This document shows, piece after piece, positions 58,024 through 64,000 of a stretch of DNA of 64,000 nt. The stretch covers positions 7,197-71,196 of the forward strand of contig CAZMTL010000003.1 in NCBI GenBank assembly GCA_964569575.1, in the 5' to 3' direction. The position numbers and the translations under genes were made by a program. Position 1 is the first letter of the stretch. Each line of letters opens with the position of its first letter. This stretch comes from an uncultured Gammaproteobacteria bacterium (lineage in GTDB: Bacteria; Patescibacteriota; Patescibacteriia; UBA9934). The notes beneath the pieces are model-generated. The model made no database searches. It was given only the letters and a program-made list of their open reading frames with translations, and had not been told where the DNA came from.

Positions 58024-59244
58024 TTAATAACAGAGCCGAATGCCATGTTTGTGCACGCGAATCTGTTCAAATAACAAAGGAAAAGCAGAGAATGACCCAA
58101 TGTCTGTTGATGAATCTAGGCGTAAAGTCGCGACCGACGGATACAAAAACAGTTCATTCGTTTTTACTGGGCATTTCGAAAAAGTGCTAGGCAGGCGTGG
58201 ACTTTCAGAATTCTTCCGCTCGATCCGAAGAAGTGTCTCGCCCGAAGCTCGCTCGAGCCGCAAACTAACAATCAACTCTTCGCTTGCGAAGGTGGTTCCA
58301 TAATATTCATCCGTGGTCTCGACAGTTACATCCCGAGTCTCCCCAATCGACAATTCTTGATAAAGTGAACCATCCGGCAGTGATGCGGAAGTACTGGTAA
58401 TAGAAAGAAGTCCAAAAACCTGTCGTCCAAGGCTGCCGAGCGACTCCAAATCCAGGTCAGAGCTAAAACGCACCTCGGTAATGTAAGAATTATTCAACGT
58501 ATATTCTGAAATAAGGCTTTCTTCCGAAATTTGATCAAAAAAGGCATTTAGTTGAGCCTGTGTATCGAGCTGCTCAGTGAACGTATCAAGTCCAACAACC
58601 TGCAGTGGAGAAAACGCCATAATCGGCGTCGAACCCTCGGGGAACAGATTAGTAGCGATAAAATCAGAGCGATGCTTTAGGAAAAGCGCGCCATGACGAT
58701 GAGACATGCGCGAAACCTCGAGATGATCAGCGAATTGAATAAAAAGCCCCGCATATCCAGGCAAAACACCTCGCGCGCCTAGGCGTTGTCCACCTTCTTC
58801 GGTAGCTAGATCATTCAGGGTCACAAGCGTACGTTTCTTCGATCGATAAACAGAGAGACGATCCGAAAGCTCATTTTCGAGCGTTTCATTCCCGATTCGT
58901 CCAACAGAAACACCAATTAAATCAGTCGAATCATAATAAAGGACCACATCCCCTTTTGAATGAGTGAGCAACTGCTCAAGCGTCCAAGGGTGCTGCGGAA
59001 GCAATGCTTGTGACCCGAGCTGCTGCAATAAAAAAGTCATATTCTTCCCAGTACGCGGGAATTCGATGGCATATTCCGTTGTGCTCGGATACGTGACTCT
59101 AGCCACAGAAGAAAGTGTAATAACACGGTAAACGCTCCACAAAACAAGAAAACTAAACAAGCAAATAACAAACATCCAAACAACCCGCCAGGATTTCCGG
59201 CGGGTGTTGGATGCATTCAAAGGGATGTTTAGATTGGTGTGCAT
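58024..59244 (-). CDS. hypothetical membrane-anchored protein (406 aa)
   Basis: The N-terminal TM anchor is VVWMFVICLFSFLVLWSVY. No motif is recognised. Confidence 0.4.
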   Translation of the reverse strand: MHTNLNIPLNASNTRRKSWRVVWMFVICLFSFLVLWSVYRVITLSSVARVTYPSTTEYAIEFPRTGKNMTFLLQQLGSQALLPQHPWTLEQLLTHSKGDVVLYYDSTDLIGVSVGRIGNETLENELSDRLSVYRSKKRTLVTLNDLATEEGGQRLGARGVLPGYAGLFIQFADHLEVSRMSHRHGALFLKHRSDFIATNLFPEGSTPIMAFSPLQVVGLDTFTEQLDTQAQLNAFFDQISEESLISEYTLNNSYITEVRFSSDLDLESLGSLGRQVFGLLSITSTSASLPDGSLYQELSIGETRDVTVETTDEYYGTTFASEELIVSLRLERASGETLLRIERKNSESPRLPSTFSKCPVKTNELFLYPSVATLRLDSSTDIGSFSAFPLLFEQIRVHKHGIRLCY

Positions 59245-59246
59245 GG

Positions 59247-61478
59247 TTATTTTGAACTTTGCGGTCGACGTGCAGGACGCTGATCGCGTCGTGGAGGTCG
59301 AGAAGAGCCAGAAGGCTTTCGTTCTCCGCTTGGCGCTGTTTGAGCTTTGGCTTTCATTTCGTCGGTGTAGACATTACCTTCCGCCTGCTTCATAGAAAGG
59401 TTGATACGTCCCATATCATCGATTTCGATCACCTTTACATGAACCTTTTGATCTATTTTAACAATATCGTTCACATTTTCAACTCTCCAAGGAGCAAGCT
59501 CCGAAATGTGAACCATTCCGTCTTTACCTGGAAGGACTTGAACGAAGGCACCAAAGTCCATAATTCTTACAACCGTTCCTTCAAAAAGCTCTCCTTTTTG
59601 AATCTCGCGAGTCAAATTATGAATCCAGTCATACGCCTTCGAACCACTTTCTCCATCTGTGGCTGTAATCATCACCAGTCCGTCTTGTTCGATGTCGATG
59701 GCTTGAACGCCAGTCTTCTCAATGATTTCGTTGATCATCTTTCCGCCCGGTCCGATTACTTCGCGAATTTTATCTGGGTGAATCTTGAGTTTAAGAATAC
59801 GTGGAGCAAACTTTGAAAGTTCGGCTCGCGGTTCCGCGATAACGGCGCGCATTTGCTTCAAAATTTCCAAACGAGCATTTTTCGATTGTCGCAAAATCTC
59901 TTCCATCATTTCCTGCGTGATTCCGTCGGTCTTCGTGTCCATCTGGATCGCTGTAATTCCTGCGTCTGTTCCAGTTGCTTTGAAGTCCATTCCACCCTTT
60001 CCGTCTTCCAAATCTTGAATGTCGGTAATGACCTTCCAATCGTTACCAATCGAGGCAAGTCCGATAGCGATCCCGGCAACCGGCGCACTGATTGGGACTC
60101 CTGCATCCATCAACGCAAGTGTTGAAGCGCACGTAGAAGCCATCGAGCTAGAACCGTTCGAGTTCATTGTTTCCGAAACCACACGAACCGCATAAGGAAA
60201 ATCTTCTTTCGAAGGAATCACCGGAATCAACGCTTTTTCCGCAAGCGCTCCATGACCGATTTCGCGTCGTCCTGCGCCTCGCAGCGGTTTCGCTTCACCA
60301 ACCGAAAACGGAGGGAAGTTGTAGTGGTGCATGTAGCGCTGTTCACCAACGGTTTCCATTCCATCAAGTGTCTGCTGATCTCCCGGCGCACCAAGTGTAC
60401 AAACGGAGAGGATGTGCGTTTCACCTCGATTGAAATGTCCGCTTCCGTGAACACGTGGCAACAATCCAACTTCGATTTCAAGATCTCGAACCTCTTCAAT
60501 CCCTCGTCCGTCCACGCGCTTCCCTTCTTCCAAAATCATTCGCGAAATTTCGTGTTGAACAAAGTCGTAAATCAAGTTCGTTCCAATTTTCAATTTATCT
60601 TCTGCGATTCCCTGTGAAAGAAGATGCTGTTGCAAGTCCGCTTTCAACTGTTCCTTCGCGTCATTCCGTTCTTGCTTCGTCGCCTTTGGGGCAGCAAAGA
60701 ACAGTTCCTGAATGCGTCCAATCATGAAGTCTTTCGAAAGCGCTTCGATACGTTCTTGTTCTTCTGTTGGAGTAGAAACAAGAATCGCTTTTTCTTTTCC
60801 AAGTTCGCCGCGAACGTGTTCGATAAGAGCGATGACAGGTGCAAGCTCTGCACGCCCTCGAGCAAATGCCTCAGCGATCACTTCTTCCGGAACCTGGTTC
60901 GCTCGCGCTTCGATCATACAAATCTTTTCGGTTGTTCCGGCAAGATCTAAATCAAACGAAGTAGATGTTCGTTGCGTGTAGGTTGGATTAAACACCCACT
61001 CATCTTCAATCTTACTCACGCGCACAGCAGCGATTGGACCACTCCAAGGAATGTTGCTCATGTGAAGCGCGCAAGAAGCGCCGATCAACCCAAGAATATC
61101 CGGATCATGTTCTTCGTCGAAAGAAAGTACGGTACAAATAATCTGAACTTCATTTCGAAGTGAATCATCGAACAGCGGTCGAATCGCACGATCAATAAAT
61201 CGACTTACAAGCACCGCTTCGTCAGTCGGTCGTCCTTCGCGTTTAATAAATCGCGAACCCTTAATACGTCCCGCCGCGTACAGCTTTTCCTCGTAATCAA
61301 CCATCAAAGGGAAAAAATTCATCCCTTCACGTTTTTCCTTGCTCATTACGGCCGTTACAAGAACGATTGTGTCACCCATGCGCACAGTGATGGCCGCATT
61401 TGCTTGCGCACCAAATCGACCACTTTCAATAACCAATTCCTTTCCAGCGAATTGAGTTGTAAATCTCTTAATATCCAT
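59247..61478 (-). CDS. pnp: polyribonucleotide nucleotidyltransferase (PNPase)
   Basis: Two RNase PH domains, KH and S1 domains. Confidence 0.9.
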   Translation of the reverse strand: MDIKRFTTQFAGKELVIESGRFGAQANAAITVRMGDTIVLVTAVMSKEKREGMNFFPLMVDYEEKLYAAGRIKGSRFIKREGRPTDEAVLVSRFIDRAIRPLFDDSLRNEVQIICTVLSFDEEHDPDILGLIGASCALHMSNIPWSGPIAAVRVSKIEDEWVFNPTYTQRTSTSFDLDLAGTTEKICMIEARANQVPEEVIAEAFARGRAELAPVIALIEHVRGELGKEKAILVSTPTEEQERIEALSKDFMIGRIQELFFAAPKATKQERNDAKEQLKADLQQHLLSQGIAEDKLKIGTNLIYDFVQHEISRMILEEGKRVDGRGIEEVRDLEIEVGLLPRVHGSGHFNRGETHILSVCTLGAPGDQQTLDGMETVGEQRYMHHYNFPPFSVGEAKPLRGAGRREIGHGALAEKALIPVIPSKEDFPYAVRVVSETMNSNGSSSMASTCASTLALMDAGVPISAPVAGIAIGLASIGNDWKVITDIQDLEDGKGGMDFKATGTDAGITAIQMDTKTDGITQEMMEEILRQSKNARLEILKQMRAVIAEPRAELSKFAPRILKLKIHPDKIREVIGPGGKMINEIIEKTGVQAIDIEQDGLVMITATDGESGSKAYDWIHNLTREIQKGELFEGTVVRIMDFGAFVQVLPGKDGMVHISELAPWRVENVNDIVKIDQKVHVKVIEIDDMGRINLSMKQAEGNVYTDEMKAKAQTAPSGERKPSGSSRPPRRDQRPARRPQSSK

Positions 61479-61613
61479 AGTACATAAATGTTTCGGTTCG
61501 AATCGGAAGATCGCTCAGTTTTGAATGAATCAAAACAAGATCTCGACGGCTCGAACCGAATAGAATTAATAAATGAACCAGCCCTGCGGTCGCGTAACCG
61601 CAGAAAAGAGCAT

Positions 61614-62150
61614 CTATTCCGACTTTGTTTTTTTGGAAGCTGTACGCTTTCGATCAGAAATCAAAAACGTTTTTCGATTGTTGGAAAGGTTTGTGTAAAG
61701 ATCAGCTGATTCGGCCAAAATGCCCGAAGTCGATTCGCGGAACGAAGCAACATGGAAGATCCTTCCGTGCGAACGCACGTAGTCCCCAAGCGGAACGAAG
61801 TCGCCGTCTCCAGAAACCAGCACTACCACGTCCAACATGCTAAGCGAGCGCACGACATCGATGGTCAACCCAACATCCCAATCCCCTTTCTTGGTACCAG
61901 AATCGAACTCGAGCAAGTCTTTCGAAATCACCTCAATCCCATTTGTCTCAAGCGCATCAAAAAAGGCTTCCTCCTCTCCACCTTTTGTAGAGATAGTATA
62001 CGCCATCGCACGAATTAATTGAGCATCCCCTACCGTTTCGCGAACAATCGCTGGAAAATTTACTTTACTTTGAAAAAGGTTTCGTGCGCTGTAGTACATG
62101 TTCTGTACGTCGATAAATACACCGACACGCCGTCCATTTGTTAAAATCAT
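61614..62150 (-). CDS. NYN-domain (LabA-like) protein
   Basis: VGVFIDVQNMYY...VVLVSGDGDFVPL. Confidence 0.6.
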   Translation of the reverse strand: MILTNGRRVGVFIDVQNMYYSARNLFQSKVNFPAIVRETVGDAQLIRAMAYTISTKGGEEEAFFDALETNGIEVISKDLLEFDSGTKKGDWDVGLTIDVVRSLSMLDVVVLVSGDGDFVPLGDYVRSHGRIFHVASFRESTSGILAESADLYTNLSNNRKTFLISDRKRTASKKTKSE

Positions 62151-62194
62151 AGTTGTATAAAAAGAACAAAAGCCCGCAAATGCGGGATTTTGTA

Positions 62195-62467
62195 TTACTT
62201 AGCTGTGCGCAACTTAAGCTCTTCTACAAGAGTGTCGTGTGCTGCTTTATTTTCACGTTCCAAATACTTCAGAAGGCGTCGTCGTTCTGTCACCTTCTTT
62301 AGAAGACCTCGTCGAGAGCTGAAATCTTTCTTGTGCTGACGCAAGTGCTGAGTAAGGTACTTGATTTCAGCGGTCAAGATAGCGATCTGCACTTGTGGCG
62401 AACCTGTATCCGACTCGTGAGTTTTAAATTTACTAATAATGCGCTGTTTTGATGCTTTATCTAGCAT
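62195..62467 (-). CDS. rpsO: 30S ribosomal protein S15
   Basis: HESDTGSPQVQIAILTAEIKYLTQHL...RRGLLKKV. The start was taken at the internal ATG (MLDKASKQ). Confidence 0.85.
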   Translation of the reverse strand: MLDKASKQRIISKFKTHESDTGSPQVQIAILTAEIKYLTQHLRQHKKDFSSRRGLLKKVTERRRLLKYLERENKAAHDTLVEELKLRTAK

Positions 62468-62682
62468 AGAAATGAATGTTCGTCTGATGGTCTTAGAAAA
62501 ACGTTGCGCAACGTAAATCCATGGCCAACAGCAATAAATTATGAAGCTAAAATAAGCCAAATCAAGAATAATGTCAATATAAACCATCAAAAACCCCTAA
62601 CTCAATCTCAAGCCCTGATATCTCTCCACCCCTAGTCCCTAACCCCTACAACCTATTCCTCCCAAGCGCCCTCGAAGAAACC

Positions 62683-62711
62683 TTGACAGAAGTGCGAAAT
62701 TCCGCTATATT
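62683..62711 (+). promoter_or_regulatory. sigma70-like promoter TTGACA-17 bp-TATATT
   Basis: A perfect -35 and a 17-bp spacer are seen in sequence. Confidence 0.5.
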
Positions 62712-62717
62712 CAGCGC

Positions 62718-62875
62718 ACTTTCATCTTCCTGGTCCGCCCGGCCAAACCAGCTTCCTCTCGTGCTGGCCGGGTGAGATCGGGAACCTCTCAGACCGCCCT
62801 CTTCGCGCAACTCGATTCGATAACGTACCCACCGTGGATATCGAGCCTGTGCGTAAGAGAGGCGGTCTTTTGATT
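62718..62875 (+). ncRNA. candidate small RNA or leader (about 155 nt) running from the promoter to a long hairpin terminator (GACCGCCCTCTT...AAGAGAGGCGGTC + TTTT)
   Basis: Promoter, internal stems and a terminal stem plus T-run define the unit. Its identity is unknown. Confidence 0.3.
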
Positions 62876-62896
62876 TGTGTCGTATAATATATTTGT

Positions 62897-63814
62897 ATGG
62901 CATCAAACATGGAAAAATGGATCATCCAATTTCTGGAATACCTAGAAGTCGAACGCGGTCGTTCGGTACGAACGGTGCGAAACTACGATTTCTACCTTCG
63001 TCGATTTTCGGAATGGGCAAACAACCCATCCCCCGCTTCGATTTCGCAAGAAATGGTCCACAAATATCGTCTTCACCTAAACCGCGACATCGAAGGACGC
63101 GAAGATGTGAATTTAAAAAAGAGCACCCAAAACTACCACCTTATCGCTCTGAGAGCATTTTTAAAATATCTTCAAAAGATCGACGTCAAAACAATGGCGC
63201 CCGAAAAAATTGAACTCGCAAAACAAACATCACGCAAAGTAGAATTTTTAGAAACAGAAGAACTTGCGCGACTGTTGAGCGAACCAAAAAAAGTCGGAGG
63301 ACTCGTCGGTCTGCGCGACACCGCCATTTTGCAATTACTCTTTTCGACCGGCCTACGCGTCTCCGAACTAGCGTCCTTAAAGATTGAGCAGATAAATTTG
63401 AAGCGCGATGAATTCACAGTGAAAGGAAAAGGGAGCAAGCACCGCATCGTATTCCTTTCGGAAGAAGCGCGCAAAGCATTGAAAGCGTACCTCGATACAC
63501 GAAAAGACGTTTCTCCATTCCTGTTCGTTAGTCACGACCGTGCAAAAGGCTCACGCGACTCGGGAGCAATCACGCCCCGCACCATTCAACGCATCGTAGA
63601 AAAATACGCGCTCGAAGCAGGAATCACAAAACGCATCACGCCTCACACCATCCGCCACACATTCGCCACAGACTTGCTGCGCAACGGTGCAGACATTCGT
63701 TCGGTCCAAGAAATGCTCGGTCACGAATCGATCACTACAACTCAAGTCTACACACACGTGACAAACAAACACCTAAAAAACATCCACAAAAAATTCCACT
63801 CGCAAGGTGAATAA
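62897..63814 (+). CDS. tyrosine recombinase XerC/XerD
   Basis: HTIRHTFATDLLRNGADIRSVQEMLGHESITTTQVYTHV. TATAAT lies 8 nt upstream of the ATG. Confidence 0.8.
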   Translation: MASNMEKWIIQFLEYLEVERGRSVRTVRNYDFYLRRFSEWANNPSPASISQEMVHKYRLHLNRDIEGREDVNLKKSTQNYHLIALRAFLKYLQKIDVKTMAPEKIELAKQTSRKVEFLETEELARLLSEPKKVGGLVGLRDTAILQLLFSTGLRVSELASLKIEQINLKRDEFTVKGKGSKHRIVFLSEEARKALKAYLDTRKDVSPFLFVSHDRAKGSRDSGAITPRTIQRIVEKYALEAGITKRITPHTIRHTFATDLLRNGADIRSVQEMLGHESITTTQVYTHVTNKHLKNIHKKFHSQGE

Positions 63815-63839
63815 AGCTTGCGAACATCACGAGCACTGT

Positions 63840-63940
63840 GAAGTGATCTCTCATCTCGCGCGAGCTCGAGAGATCTCTCGGCGAAATTCAAAACACGTTT
63901 CCCCTCCTTCTCAGATCCACAAGGAGGGGCTAGGGGTGGT
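63840..63940. repeat. GC-rich palindromic repeat element, copy C, plus adjacent palindrome gatctctc...gagagatc
   Basis: ggcgaaattcaaaacacgtttcccctccttctcagatccacaaggagggg matches the reverse complement of copies A and B. Confidence 0.6.
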
Positions 63941-64000
63941 TCTGCTTTTATCGAATGTGAACGCGCCGCGCAAAGTCGATTAACGCTGGATCCCGGATCA

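Overview
This 64-kb chromosomal window comes from a low-GC (about 45%) bacterium with a Gram-positive-like cell-envelope toolkit and weak Shine-Dalgarno usage. It contains about 66 supportable protein genes and 4 tRNAs.

Main contents:
- A replication-origin neighbourhood: dnaN, dnaA and rpmH-rnpA-yidD, with DnaA-box clusters flanking dnaA.
- Housekeeping genes: ruvB, typA, tig, an H+-pyrophosphatase, pnp-rpsO, xerC/D, lspA, a ComM/YifB ATPase and a NifS/NifU/ferredoxin block.
- Cell-wall genes: a class A PBP, a DacC-type carboxypeptidase, SpoIID/LytB, a LysM-M23 peptidase and a 3D-domain protein.
- Glycan genes: a Wzx flippase, an O-antigen ligase, galU, an epimerase and a sugar nucleotidyltransferase.
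- A carotenoid cluster with a bacterioruberin-like (C50) gene set: crtE-crtB-crtI, a UbiA-family lycopene-elongase-like prenyltransferase and a CruF-like membrane protein, with a class II CPD photolyase translationally coupled to the latter.

The most unusual stretch is 26.6-32.3 kb. A roughly 3.3-kb island of about 62% GC carries three uncharacterised genes that use Shine-Dalgarno sites: a 685-aa polytopic membrane protein, a small coiled-coil protein and a secreted protein. The island is bounded by GC-rich terminators and is followed by a tandem array of five paralogous VirB2/TrbC-topology (type IV secretion pilin-like) genes.

Other observations:
- A second cluster of four perfect DnaA boxes plus an AT-rich tract lies about 11 kb from dnaA.
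- Many genes have a -10 hexamer (TAnAnT) 6-9 nt upstream of the ATG and no Shine-Dalgarno sequence, implying leaderless mRNAs. One case is a 22-bp divergent spacer with overlapping palindromic -10 boxes.
- A dispersed family of GC-rich palindromic repeats (REP-like) is present at four positions.
- Two tRNA-associated genes look foreign: an HNH endonuclease abutting tRNA-Leu, and an SD-using gene of about 53% GC after tRNA-Gly.
- A promoter-to-terminator unit of about 155 nt upstream of xerD may encode a small RNA.
- No CRISPR array, rRNA or obvious transposase was found.

Coordinates of small motifs were counted by hand and may be off by a few nucleotides.
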